The notes under the pieces: model-generated
What the model was told of the DNA's origin: nothing
Database searches by the model: none
The model's input: the letters and a program-made list of their open reading frames with translations, nothing else
Made by a program: the position numbers and the translations under genes
Origin: Klebsormidium nitens
Taxonomy: Eukaryota > Plantae > Klebsormidiophyceae
Direction of reading: 5' to 3'
NCBI GenBank assembly: GCA_000708835.1
Contig: DF237420.1
Location: 1-64,000 of the forward strand
Length of the DNA stretch: 64,000 nt
In this document: positions 1 through 12,700 of the stretch, one piece after another
Layout of the letters: each line of letters starts with the position of its first letter
Position numbering within the stretch: the stretch's first letter is position 1

Positions 1-1729
1 ATCCGCTAGCCTTCAGGTACTGGCATGGCTAACTAGTACAGTAGCTAGCGATGGCGTGTCAATGTCAGCTGGACTGCAGCTAGGAATCAGATCAAAACGA
101 GCCTGAACGCAGGACTGAACTAATTTCACCGTTCAGATTCCAGACGAAGAGAAGCCAACGCAGAGGGAGGAGCTACTTCCTATCGTCTTTTGAGGCCCTG
201 AGCTTTTAGGCACCTGCCCGAGGCTTGTGGGACTGAGTTGTTAAGTTGATATTACAGTTGCCTTCTAATCTTCATCTAGCTCAGTTTGCACTGCTGTGCG
301 AACTACAGCTCAACAGCTCAACAGCTCAACTGACTTGCAAAAGGCGATTGGATCACATAGCTGCCGCTTTTGCTCCACCATAATGCGGACCCTGTCCTGT
401 ACCCTTCAGCTTCTTCCCCTCAGAGTTCCAAGAAAGTCTTGACGAGACTCTTGTTGGTTCCAAACTTCTCAAACTTCAAGCTAAAACGGTAAGTGAGTTT
501 GCTTGATGGGATGTGGATGGGTGCAAGCTAAAGAGCTCCCAAAGGCTGATTAGTTTGTGAAGAATGCTGCTGTGTTCGCAGGAAGATCTGGGGGCATTTT
601 GTAACGTGGAGTGTGCGCTCAGTGAATGTTGATCCTATCAACTACTCTGCAGCCAATTCATTGCAGCTAGCAGTCAGCAAGGGCCCACCGGCAGCTCTTT
701 GGAAGGGCCCTTTCCAAGCTTGGGAACATCCTACAGGGACTGGTCTACAGAGCATCTAGGAGAAAGAATCATTCTGGAAGGGGCACTTTGAGAGGACCCT
801 TTGGCTTGAAGAACGCTCATGGACCAATTTGGACATCCTTCCAGAAACTGTGCGGTGACTGAGCACGTACGAATCATCGCTCGGTGTCTGATACGCCGTT
901 GTTTCTCCTTGCCAGGAGGAGCCTCTACCAGCTTCTTCAGCTTGGACAAAATCCAAGATCAGCCAACAGGTCAGCAATGACACTTGCAAAACAAAAGTAG
1001 AAGGGCAGTGATCTGCGTGACAGCTGGCAGTGGTTTGCACGACAGCTGGCTGGCCGCACCAAATCGTATACTGTACGCCACAGAACAGGAATGTACATGC
1101 TGTGGGTTTTTCTTTTCTTTTTATTCTACTGTTTCTGCTTGTGAGAGCGTTAGAACAAGGTTCTACAGTAGCTGTGCCTTGAGGAACTTCAGAGACTATC
1201 CAACAGTTCTAAGCTGCAGCCAAGGAGCATGCTGACTGAGGTGTTACAGAATCTTTCGAGACTAACCCACAATTTTGAGACACAGTCAAGGGTTTTGCGT
1301 CAGAAGAGAAGCTCTTGGAGATGCTGATGGCTGTGAAGCTGCAGGAGTTTGATTCCCACTCAATCATCACAGAGTTACCTTCCCTCAGAAGTCTGCAGCC
1401 TTTGTGCCTCTTTCACAAATATATACGAAGTGCCAAGTTGTTGCCGCTAAAGGTGCTCGATTTTGGGTGATCAGGTAAAGGTAGAGACGCAGGATGGGCT
1501 CGTCAGTGACCGCAGCCAGTCAATTGTGAGACATAGAGATACATTCCTTCAAACACTGCAGTTCTCCTTCCAAGTAAACGAATTCTAACTTTGGCAAATC
1601 ATCTCCGCCCGGGGGTGTGGCCTCAAACAAAAAGGAGAACGCGATTTCAAAACCTGCAAGTTATAGGATTGGTCGTCGACCATTGTTGGCCAGCCGTGTT
1701 TGAGACATTTATTTGCTTCTATTAGACCC

Positions 1730-2210
1730 TGCAGTTCCCTCCCAATCCAACGAAGCTGACAATGGCGTCAAAGTCGGTGTCGCCAAGGTGTTTGGCGCCC
1801 GACAAGAAGGAGAGCGCGATTTGAATGGCTGCAAAGATGCGAAGTTGGCTTTTAATCATCATTCTGCACTTCGCTCCTCAACTCAGCAATGCTTACAATG
1901 GCCTCAGAATCGTCGCCCCCAGGGGGTCTAGCGCCTGACGAAAACAGACCGTAACTCCAATGACTGCAACCACCTGAAGTTGGCTTTTCAAACAATCACG
2001 GCCCACCGCTCACAAGACACGATCATCGCACTCGAGTTCTCATTCAAAATTGACAATGTCGTCAAAGTCGTCGCCGCCAGGGGATTCGTCCCCCGACGAG
2101 GAGGAGACCGTACTCCAATAATTGCAAAGACCCGAAGTTGCCTTCTCAACAATCATGGAGTGGTTCTCAAGACACAATCATCTCACTTGAATCCTGCAGT
2201 TCTCAACAAC
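1730..2210 (+). repeat. Degenerate tandem copies (about 150-nt units) of the bestrophin A acceptor/start-codon region
   Basis: gacaatggcgtcaaagtcg..cgcc recurs at about 1758 and 2052 before the true copy at 2214. The segment ccccagggggtctagcgcctgacgaaaacagacc at about 1917 echoes 2238-2270. Confidence 0.75.
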
Positions 2211-2217
2211 GCTGACA

Positions 2218-5200
2218 ATGGCGTCAAAGTCGTCGCCGCCAGGGGGTCTAGTGCCTAACGAGAAGGAGACCGCAATCCCGATGCCGGCGAAGGCGCAAGG
2301 TGCGCAAGCGAGGAAGCATGAGGGCCTGATCGACTACAGTATGGTGGACGGAGCGAACCTGTTCAAGCCGCCAAATCCGAACAGCCCGCTCGTCGCGCCC
2401 CTGAGGGACCTCAAAAAAGCAGGACTGGTAAGTGGGTTTTCAGGCGTCGTGTTAGAGTGGGCGTCCTGGGACCTGGAACGCCTGATGTCACATAGCGACC
2501 TTCGATGCAAGGCTTCTGCTCTTCTGTCGCCACAAATGTTGGTGTTTATGATTGTGCCCCGAGCACTGGGCCCTGCAAACAGTAGCCGGGTCATGATATT
2601 GCGTAGACGTCCCCTTTCGAGTTGTGGAGTGAGCTTTGACGGAAAGCCCGTGGCGAGGAAGGGCGGTAGCTCTTCTTTTCACTACAATGGGGTCTGGATT
2701 TTGTGGCGAATTTCGGCTCCTCGTTCTCGAGAAGGAAAAAGAGAGGAAGCAGGCCATCACTCGTTTCGGCAGAACGCTAAGGTCACGTTTCTCCTGTATG
2801 CAGACTCCGCATGGCACGTCTAAATAAAAACTTCAAGAAGGCTAATCGGCCTCTCTTTCTCAGCAAGTAAATAGAGAGGAGACAGACTATATTCTCTACC
2901 GCAGACGTTGACTAAGGTCGTATGTCCTCCCCGTCTGCAGATCCCTCACGGCACGTATATATACGACGCCAACCACCCGATCCGGCTCCTCTTCCGGATG
3001 ACCGGAACCGCCGCCAAGATGGCGTTCCTCAGTTCCAGTTTCTGGCTAATCATATGCGCCCACGTGTTGCTCCTCATCTGCTACTACCAGACCGACCATA
3101 ATAAGATCCGCATCGATACGACACCTGGCAACACGCCGTGGCCGTTTCTGCGGTCGAGTACATATGCCGGCTTCCTGGGGACGCTGGTCTCGTTCGTGCT
3201 CGTGTTTCAGACGACGCAGAGTTATAATAGGTGAGCTAACGCCGGCACATGGCGCTTGCTGTGGAAAGTCAGCTCGTTTCTTCACCGGAATGACGAGTCG
3301 TTCTTTGTAAGGATAAACCGACACCTGTCGGACGTTTGGAAACGGATGAATCATAAAAGTTTGTCGTTCTTGGCTAGCCAAGGCGCGAATGATCTACAGG
3401 TGTTAGGACCAGAGCTTGGCGTAGAGTTTGGAAGGATGACGTTTAAGTCCGCGGAAGTACAACGCTGGGGCTCAATGCGAACTCCGTCTGGAGCGAGACG
3501 AGAAGAGACCCCAGTTTTGAAAAAACTGTTGCATGTAATAATCATGTTCGAAGGAACAGTACTCGTGAACCTGACTGGAGTTGTTTGAAGCTTGACTGCA
3601 AAGCAAAGCCCGTTTCAGGTCCGCAGTACAGCGAAACTTCCTCCTTCATCTCCATAAAGTATGACTGTCGGCTGTGACCCCAGACGCGTTAAGAAGGAAC
3701 CCATTTGCTTACTTTGCCCTGCGCCAGCATCTGAAACGCAGTCACGTAACTCATCAGTCCTAAACTTTTTCACCGGTGACCAATCGCACTCTGCCCCAGA
3801 GGCCATGTCGCCCCGCATGACTGACGAGCGCAAACCCGCCTACATCTGAACCGCAGTCTATAATTCATTTAGAAAGTGTGTTAGTCGGCGACCGAAGCGC
3901 ACTCTTTCCCAGGAGCCCGGTCGCCCGGCATGCCTGACGAGCGCAAATGTCGTGCAGGTTTTTCGTGCAGTACGACGCGTGCAACCTGGTCGCAAAAGCC
4001 GCGTGGCAGTTCACGACGGACCTGCGGACCCGCTTCGATGACGACCGCTTCCCAGGTGGGCCGCTCTGCCTTGTCAAAGTTTCAGGGTTGTAGGATGTCG
4101 GGCCTTCAGGGATTTTGGTTTTTTTGTTACGGTGAGATCACGTTTTTCCAGGGTTTCAAAGTTAGCAGCGCTCCAACAGATTAGTGTGGTGAGCAGTGCT
4201 TTGTACCAAACGCTCAACAGGCCTGGAGCAGATCCTACGTTGGTCCCTGATGATTCAAACCGGTTCGTTGCATCTAATGGTTCTGGTCTATCAACCCGGT
4301 TCAAGGTTGACAACTTGAGAAATGGAAACATACCCTGAACGCAACCCAAGCTAGACAAACCAGGTTTCAGATTCCCGGAGAAGTTATCGTCCGGCTTTGG
4401 TTTTGCCAGGAGCGGATATCGTCAGCAAGAAGCTTCTCAACATCATCGTATCGCGTGCTGCTACCTCAGTTTCGGCTGGCTCCCTCGCCACAAGAAAGCT
4501 AAGTGATCGGTTGACCAGCAACTTAAGCAGTGTGTTAACGCGCCCCTACTTTCTCTTGGCAGGCGCAACTGTCGTCCGCAAGAAACTGCTCAACTATTGC
4601 ATCGCCTGCTGCTACCTCGGCTTTGGCTGGCTCCCGCACTACAAGAAAAACGACCTCCACGTGTGGACACTAAAACGAGTGCACGACCGACAGCTGCTGA
4701 CGCCAGAGGAGGAGGCGCACATCTTGGCGCTGCCCGAAGGAGTGAAGCCCGTCTTTTCGGTAAGTTTTTTGAACGGAATATTGAAAAGGGCGCTGCAAAC
4801 CAAGGTCCCGTTTGCAACCATTCGTACGATTTTCTTTCAAAAGGAAAGACTGACTCTGCTTCCTTACTTTTTCCGAGTTCTTTTAGCTTGTTTTCGCACG
4901 ACAAGAAATCGTCCTTCACGTCGGGACGCTGATACGAGCACGACAGCCAGCACCGACGCCTGACGAGGAAGCGCACATACTGGCTTTGCCCGAAGGAGTG
5001 AAGCCCATTTTCTTGGATTAAACAGAGAGTTTGGAGTTCGTGTTGTGAACGAGTCTCTACGTGGATCTTTTCCGGTCTCAAAACTGGACAATTGAGACCA
5101 GTCGAGGGTTGCTGGTCAGACGAAATTCGCATGTGCTTATTGATCTCATGTGTGAGATCCGGTGGGCTTTTGGTTCATAGAGTCACGGAAGAGCGGAAAA

Positions 5201-8200
5201 CCCCCTCTGACTCCACCCGGTTGCCTCCCTTGTACGGTGTGCCTTGTCCTTCCGCTGATTATCCGACGCCTTCTTGGTTCCACTACAATGTCCGTCTTTC
5301 TGGTGAGGGGCTTTCAGGAGATCCATCCAGGGGCGGAAGCACTCCTGTATTTCCCCCTCTTTTTCCTCTTGTCTTTTTTCTTGTTCCAAACGAAAGAAGC
5401 ACTCGTCTAAACGCCCGGTTTTCTCCCCCGGCCAGGTCGTTAAAAGGACAATGTACCTGATCTTCCAGAGTGTTTCTGGCGGGGGCACATCACTGGCCGG
5501 CTCGTTAGAAAGTATACCTTCCAATCTATCAGTAGTAAGCTGCATCAACAACGAGGTCATGCGACGAAGCTGATAAAATCCAAAGCCCTAAGCGAATCCT
5601 CCACCTTCTCCGTACACAAACCCGCCCTACCCCCCGAGCCAACCCCTACTATCCACCGAGCTTGACGTCGTATCTACACGCTTCTTTAACTAGAAGAGAA
5701 TTTTCAGAGAGCTCGACCAAGAACGAAAGTACTCGTCTAATGCCGGTTGTTTCTGCCGGCCAGGTCGTCAAGTGGACGTTGTACCTCATCTTCCAAGAAG
5801 TTCGGGCGGGGCACATCACCGAGCGGACCACTCACTTTTTCTCCCTAATTTTCTTTTTTATCCGTTTCCCCCTGCCTCCCAATTCCGACCGCACTAATAA
5901 ATCAGTCCTCTGAACGCAAGCGCTTGTTTCTTTCTGCCAGGTCGTCATGCAAGTGGACGATGTATCTCATCTTCCAGGAATTTCTGGTGGGGGCACATCA
6001 CTATACCTCCCGACCTATGAACACGAAGCTGCATGAGAAATGGGGTCCTGCGACAAAGCTGATAAAACCCAAAACCCTGAACTGAACTCTCCTCGGCTTC
6101 CGACTCTCCTGCGCTAACCCTCGAGCCAACCCCATCCATGCACCGTGCTTAACATTCGTATCCATTTGCTTCTTTAACTGTAAGAACTCTCAAAGATAGC
6201 TCAGCCGTGAACGGAAGCACTTATCTAAGTCTCCGGCTGTTTCCAGGTTGTCAAGTGGACGATGTACCTGATCTTCCAGGAGTTTCGGGCGGGGCACATC
6301 ACCGAGCGGTCCCACGACATGCTGGCCACCGCCTTCCTCCGACTCTTCAACGGATTCAGTACGCTGTATGAGTATGCGGCTATGCCGGTGCGTTTCAAAG
6401 CCTTTCCTAAAAGGACAAGCGATATGGACTCTGTTTCGAAGCTAGCTGAAAGACCGCTTTTGTCACAATTCCTTTGCAGAATCAAGCCCTCTTGCCACGG
6501 GAATGCTTCAAGTCGCGATACCGTACGTTGTGCTTTTTGAACGTCGGACACGACAGCGTCGTGCAAGCGTTCGAAGCAGAACGCAAAGGAAATCCAATTG
6601 TTTCCCCAATCCCCGTAAAATTTCGTCGAGCAGGCAGGGCCGACGCATCCGCTTTTGTAGCAAGCATGATCTATGTTTTTATCCATTCGAAACCTAACGA
6701 AGTTGATGAGCATACCCCTCACAGAAAGATCAATCGGTGAATAATAGGGTCGAACATGTAAAAAGAGAGAGAGAGCTCCATCCACCAGTCCGGCCTGTAT
6801 GAGCATGAACATCCAAGTCGTTAAAAGGATTGGCGTTTTGCTCGTGATCAACGTGCCGGTAAAACCTCCTCGGCATCATGCAGAAAGCGGACAATTAGCG
6901 AAGCGTTTTTGAATATGGAAGGCGTTGCAACTATCGTTTCGCAGCTAGCATTCATGGAACCTGTTTATCCTTCATCATTCAGCGACCGATTCGTCCCTGT
7001 ACCTCGGGGCCTTTCAGGTCTCTGCACTCACAAAGGGTCCTCCCTATTGCTCTTGTTTTCTGCTGCACAGCAACTTCTCCTATGTGAGAAAAACATTTGA
7101 TCTTTTTCGTCAACAAGAATCGCCACAGACGTCCAACCGGCGCGGTCACAGAACATGACAAATGAAAGCTTTGGGAGTTTCTATGCAGGTACCCTTTGCG
7201 TTCTACCACCTTCTGAACGTGATGGCTATCGGGTACCTGCTGATTCTGGCCTACACTCAGGTATGCCCCTTCTTTTCAACTGCTCAAGTTCGCTCACGCC
7301 TAGCATCCACTTGTGTTCAAAACGGTGGGCATGAAAGTCCGTCGAACAAATGGCTCGTTTCCAGGTTCCAAGAGTAACCTAGAGATTGTCTTTGTTGGTG
7401 ACGGTCTGAGCGAGGCTTTCCGCCAGCGCCTCCGGCCGAGTTCTTCTGGGGACGGCATTTTGGATTGGTGTGCGGGTTCCTTTTTCCTATGAATTTGCAG
7501 AGTTATGATCGCTCTGATTTCGTACGAGGTGTTCTCTTTCAATTGGTGATCAGTTTTCTGGTGATCTGACCGATTTCCGTAGGCTGTACACTAAAAGATG
7601 TCAGTAGATGCCTGATCGGTCACTGGTCCTCGCTCCGCTCCCACTTTTCTTGTTTCCAGTTACTGATCCATTCTCCCGATTGATCTTGACCCCCCCCTTT
7701 TTGGTCCCTGGCATGATCTTCTTCCAGTCACTGCAGTGGTCCATTTCCCGATGCTTCTGACCGTCCTCTGCACGCCGGGCACTACAGATTCTCTGCAATA
7801 GCTACGAAGCCCCGGGCAGATACATTCAACCGGTTCCTTGCGCTGATCGTATAGCAGACCCACTCTCGCCTCTCTACTTTCCAGGTGTTTGCCTCCGGTT
7901 ACTGGTCCATCTTTCCGATAATCTTGACCGTCCTCTGCACGTTGGGCATCTGTGAGCTGTCCGAACGGGGTCGCTAGATCCTTTACCGGTCACTTGCCTG
8001 AAAGTGCACACTAAAACTCTTTTTTTCCGCTCCCAGGTGTTTTCATCCGGTTACTGGTCCATCTTTCCGATGGTCTTGACCGTCCTTTGCACGCTGGGGA
8101 TTCGTGAGCTGTCCAATGCGCTCGCGGACCCTTTCGGTTGCGACGAAACGGACATCCCCGTTCTGGACAGCGTCCTGCTGTGGGACTGGTTCTTCACCGA

Positions 8201-8252
8201 CTGTGCGATGGGGCACATCGAAAAGTTCAAGTACACGGTAGAGTCGGAGTAG
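2218..8252 (+). CDS. Bestrophin-like (RFP-TM/UPF0187-type) anion channel, copy A; 7 coding exons, 407 aa
   Basis: Exons 2218-2427, 2941-3230, 3958-4055, 4563-4759, 6247-6387, 7189-7260, 8037-8252, all GT-AG. They total 1224 nt in an unbroken frame. Motifs are VLVFQTTQSYNR (cf. bestrophin LLVFRTNxSYxR), PVPFAFYHLL and RELSNALADPFGCDETDIP (cf. ExPFGxDxxD), with several hydrophobic segments. Exon sizes are identical to copy B. Confidence 0.85.
5390..6000 (+). pseudogene. Three decayed partial copies of bestrophin A exon 5 with their acceptor sites, inside intron 4
   Basis: ccag|gtcgt.aa.(t)ggac..tgta(c/t)ct.atcttcca....ggggcacatcac occurs at about 5431, 5760 and 5938, versus the intact exon at 6247. 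The copies carry frameshifts or truncations. Confidence 0.8.
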
Positions 8253-9725
8253 CTTCGACGGGTCACGTCGAATCACTGTTTTGTTGTTGTAAGTTTGCTT
8301 GCCGCAAACAGAAATGCGTCGAGGCAAAGTTGCGTTGGCGAGTGCTTTTCACAGGGCCCCGGGGGGACCGAAAGGCTAACGAGAAGCAACGAAGCCGGTC
8401 TGTTCCAAGCAACGCGAGTTGTGGGATCTTAACATGTCATCTTGAGTTGCACCGCCTGCTAACTGATTAATCTTAGAATTGTCAATATTTGGAGCCCGCG
8501 CTTGAACTTGATTGCTAGCAAGAAGGGCCGGCTTCGGAAGTCGCTTCACATGGAACATCCAGGGAGATTTCAGAGTCAAACTAACCGTTTAGACCGAGAA
8601 TTCTTACACACTTTGCATTTGTTTACAAATTCCTGAGGCCTCGCATGACGGTAAAAAGGACAAATAAAGATACCGTACAAGTTTATAGCTAGGCTAGAGA
8701 GACATGCCAAACGGAAGAAGATCGATCGAAGAATCGGCAAAACATTACCATGTTGCTCAAGTCCAAATTTGGATCCGAACTCGGTACGTTGCAAGCTCGC
8801 ATGCATGTCCGATCTGTACCGTATACGGTTTAAATCAGCCCGAATCTGCGCGGCGGCCTTGCACTCAAGCATGCAGGAGTCCCTGCAGACTCACGATCCA
8901 GTGCGCAAGGAACATTCTCACTCAAAGAGCTCCGCCCGCGTTGATTATGGACGGTTGTAGTCTTGTGGGCTGGTTAAGACTGAAGTGGTCGTACACGTCC
9001 TATAACCGGATTGGGCGATAGAGCAAGCTTTAGAGAAGCTGGCAAGTCTATTGAACGCTTCATTGTACGTCGGCTAAACCTGTGGCTCGTGCAAGCCTGG
9101 CTGGCCGGCGAGCCTACAACATTGAAAGTAGATAGGTATTGGATAATCGGTCAATGACTCTGACGTCGACGGGCCCTGCCGGTGCAGACCCAGAATTGCA
9201 TCCAGGTTTAGCTGTTTCGATATGTTCCGCGCGGACAGTACTCGGTGGCCCTGACAACAGCGACGCATGCAATCAACTGATAACTGACGTACTAATACTT
9301 CTGTTCGTGTGCTTCAATCTGTTCGTACGTACCTAAAGACAAAACATCCGTTACCGTTGTACTGTACTCTATCGATTCGAAACAAGGCGTGTAACTGCTC
9401 GCAGGATCGAACTAGGCTATTATCTGACACTTGCGCTCTTCAACTTTGTTTCGAAAGTAGTATATGCGCAACTTGACAGCTGTGCATGCGTTCCGTCACA
9501 GCAGCCTCTCTATCCGTATATTACACGCTTTTCATAGGTTTCATAACCGGGCGGTAAGCACCTACCTTCCTATCTGTGACGACAACTGAGCCCGGTCTAT
9601 ATATTGGCGTTGTTGGATCTTTACTTGACGCTTCACGATCCTACTTTGCGCCAGCACGGCTGTAGCTCCAAAGGTTTCGGCTTGAATGTACTGAAATGAT
9701 AGTTATTTTGGTCGTTGATATTACA

Positions 9726-12700
9726 TCAAAGAAGAGGAACCTCGCGGTTGAAAATCCACGAGAACCGGGCACTCTGCCGGCCGGGCTTCTTCTTCGCTTT
9801 CGCCGCGAGCCGGTCGCCCAGGGCGCTCACCCGAGCAGGCAGTCGGCACAGGTAATCCTGCATAAAGGATTGGGTCGTACACGGTCATACGCCGTCTGTT
9901 CGCCTATACATACAGAAGGGATTCTGGAACGAGATTATAGGTAGTTTTGAGATCGTCTCTGTAGATTTGGCTGGAGCCTGAGGTTCTCGAGTCGTAGTCT
10001 ACACATGATTTGGCGTACTTGTCATATGTGTGAAGCAGGGAATATAGGCTCGATGCGAATGCATACGCATACTCCACAAAATCCCAAACGAGAGACGCTA
10101 ACACACATAACATGCGCTACGGCTACGGCCGGCCTATGATAAACGGGAAAGAAAAGGGTATGGAATGATCCGTACCTGCATGGCCTCTGCCTCGGGAGAG
10201 AGCCCCGAGCGCTCTTCCACCTTCCAGAACCTCACAAGGTGCTCGACGATGTCAGCATAGTCCCGCGCAGTGTAAACCCCGACCTTCTGAGCGACCTTCG
10301 AAGGACGGAACAAAACCAGGTTAGGTTCGTTCCTGATTGCCTTCACCCTCAATTCGCGCGGACCAATTGGACAAATGTTTTGGACACGAAAGAGACGAGT
10401 TGAGTAGGATCCGACGTTCAAAGGACGTGGAAAAGCCAAGGTTAGTTTCGTCAAGTCTGCCCTTCAAGTTTTTCTCCGCGCCAAACTCTGGGTCGAATTT
10501 TGCTGATTTGAATGAGACAAACGAAGTAAACTGTCGAAGGAGAAAGTGACCCAAGACAGCCCATTCAAAATATTGTAAGCTGAACGCCGCTGTCAGAAAC
10601 GAGGTAAGTTGACGCGTCTCGAAAAAGAAAGATGGAACAAACACGAGACGGAAGGAGTTCCTCGCAAACCATTCCCGGAACTGCACAGCGTTTCGTTTGA
10701 AACCGTCGGACCTTGATACGCTGGCAAAGACGTGAAGAAGGATGTCAATCAGAATAGTGAGTTGCTAAAAAGCCTGTACAACTTTGCAATCAGAAGAACC
10801 AGTGTTCCCAGGAACGGGGTTTCTCTCTGTGCCCCGGCATGAGAATAGAAAAATGAGAAGGTAGGTACGGGAGAGCAAATCTCACAGCTAAGATTGAGAG
10901 GAGTCACGGTGACCAGGTAAGTTGTGCAAAACCTTTTCGCTCGTCTGACTGATGCGTAACAGGTAGCGCAATGAAATTCACGAGACTGGTATAAGCAACC
11001 TCAGAAACTGGTGAACAATTTGGTTTCTCCAAAAAGACCCACCTCCGAAAAGTCCTTGAATAGCGTCTCGCTCTTCCCATCAAACATGTAATGCGCCGGC
11101 ATCGTAATCTGTTTCTGCATCATATCCCCAAAAGCCATAGTCGCCCCGTTTGGATCTAGATCGAAGCACTTTCCGATGATCTTCTTGTACGCCGTCTCGT
11201 GGCGCCGCTCGTCCGCCGCGATCGTTCCGCACAGCTTCGCGAGGACGGAATCCCCGGCGGAACGCGCGAGGCGCGCGGTCGCGCCGTGCGAGACGAACGT
11301 CGCGCGCTCTTGGAAGGAGGTGTAGATGAAGCCCAAGTACGGGTTATTCTCCGTTTTCGGGTCCTGAAAGATAACAAAAAAGCAACCGGTTGGCTACGGA
11401 CGTGGCGCTAAAAGTATCGAGAGAAAGAATGGTGATTAAGCGCAGACATAGTCCTGCCCGACGAAGATGATTGGAGACCTGTGAACGCCACAACCACGGA
11501 TGCGCTCTGAACAAGCTCGCCAACGATTTGGGGTTGTGTACGCGTACAGCACGAGTAGCTTTCAGTCCGGTTGTTTGAGAAAGAATATTGTTTCCTCACT
11601 CTGGTCTCAATTAGACGTAACGGAGTTTTTTATTTCAGAGTTCGGAATATTTTTTCGTGCCGGATCCTAGATCGTTAACACCCAATGACTGCGAGACTGC
11701 GCATCCTGTCAGGAAGTTTGAGACACCTGCAAGGAGTGAGCTCGTTGCTAAAGTACCGTCCTCTTTCGATGATGTCTAGTAACTGCATGACCAACATGTA
11801 GCAAACATCGCCTTTAAGCACGCAGTCTCTTGCGGAACAGTCCCTCAAGCATCGCCGCTTCGTGTGAATTGATCTGCAGAAGTAGATCCAACCTCTCACC
11901 ATTCCCGACCCAATAAGATACTGCGTCGTTCTCTGCACGGCTTGCATATCCACCCTTCCCGTCAGGTACAAATACTGCTGTAACGCGTCTCCGTGCCGGT
12001 TCTCTTCCGCAGCCCAACCCCGGCCCCAAACGGCCCACGGCGTTACGCTCGCCCCGCTTTCGTCCCGGGTCACATCGAGAGTGTTAAGCATCGTCAGGTA
12101 AGTCGGCAGGGCTTCCTCTGACACCATGTCGCCCACCAAGCAGACGAGGACGTCGTCCGGAATTCCGGCGGAACGCGCACGGAGGTCGGCGACGCGCGCG
12201 AGGAAGTCGTCGGAGGAGGGGTCCGGGAGAAAGTCCTGTAGTAGACAGTTCCCAAGTTCGATTGGCGATGTTGATTCCCAGGTTTGAGAAATCAAAATAT
12301 GGAACAGAGCCGGCTGCTTCGAAGCTTACGTGCAATGAAATGCTCCCAGCTGAAGGAAGAGTTTCAGCGTTTTCAAACCAGGCGCGCGCGGAGGTCAGGA
12401 GACACGGATCACGTCGTTCGAGTGTCAGGAGCAAAGTCCTGCGAGTCATTCGTGAAGAGAAGGGAGATAGGACAGGTGCCCGCAATGCAAGCAATTTTTT
12501 TTCATTTGTGTGGTGCGGATCTGCTTTTGGCCGATGGCGATTCAAGCAGTCCATAGCCTGGGAAAAAGCTGGAGGGGTCGTTAAAGGAAGGGTCCGGAAG
12601 AAAACGTTGCAAGAAGAAAGCGTCGACTCACTTAGCATCAGTGGTTATCTGCCGTGTAAACAGCATCTAACACTCCAAACTTTCTCTACTTTTATGTTAC

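Noticed and set aside
731-1235. Short ORFs upstream of bestrophin A
   Set aside because: They have no recognisable motifs. Donor-like sites at about 489 and 1476 suggest 5' UTR exons and introns or promoter sequence.
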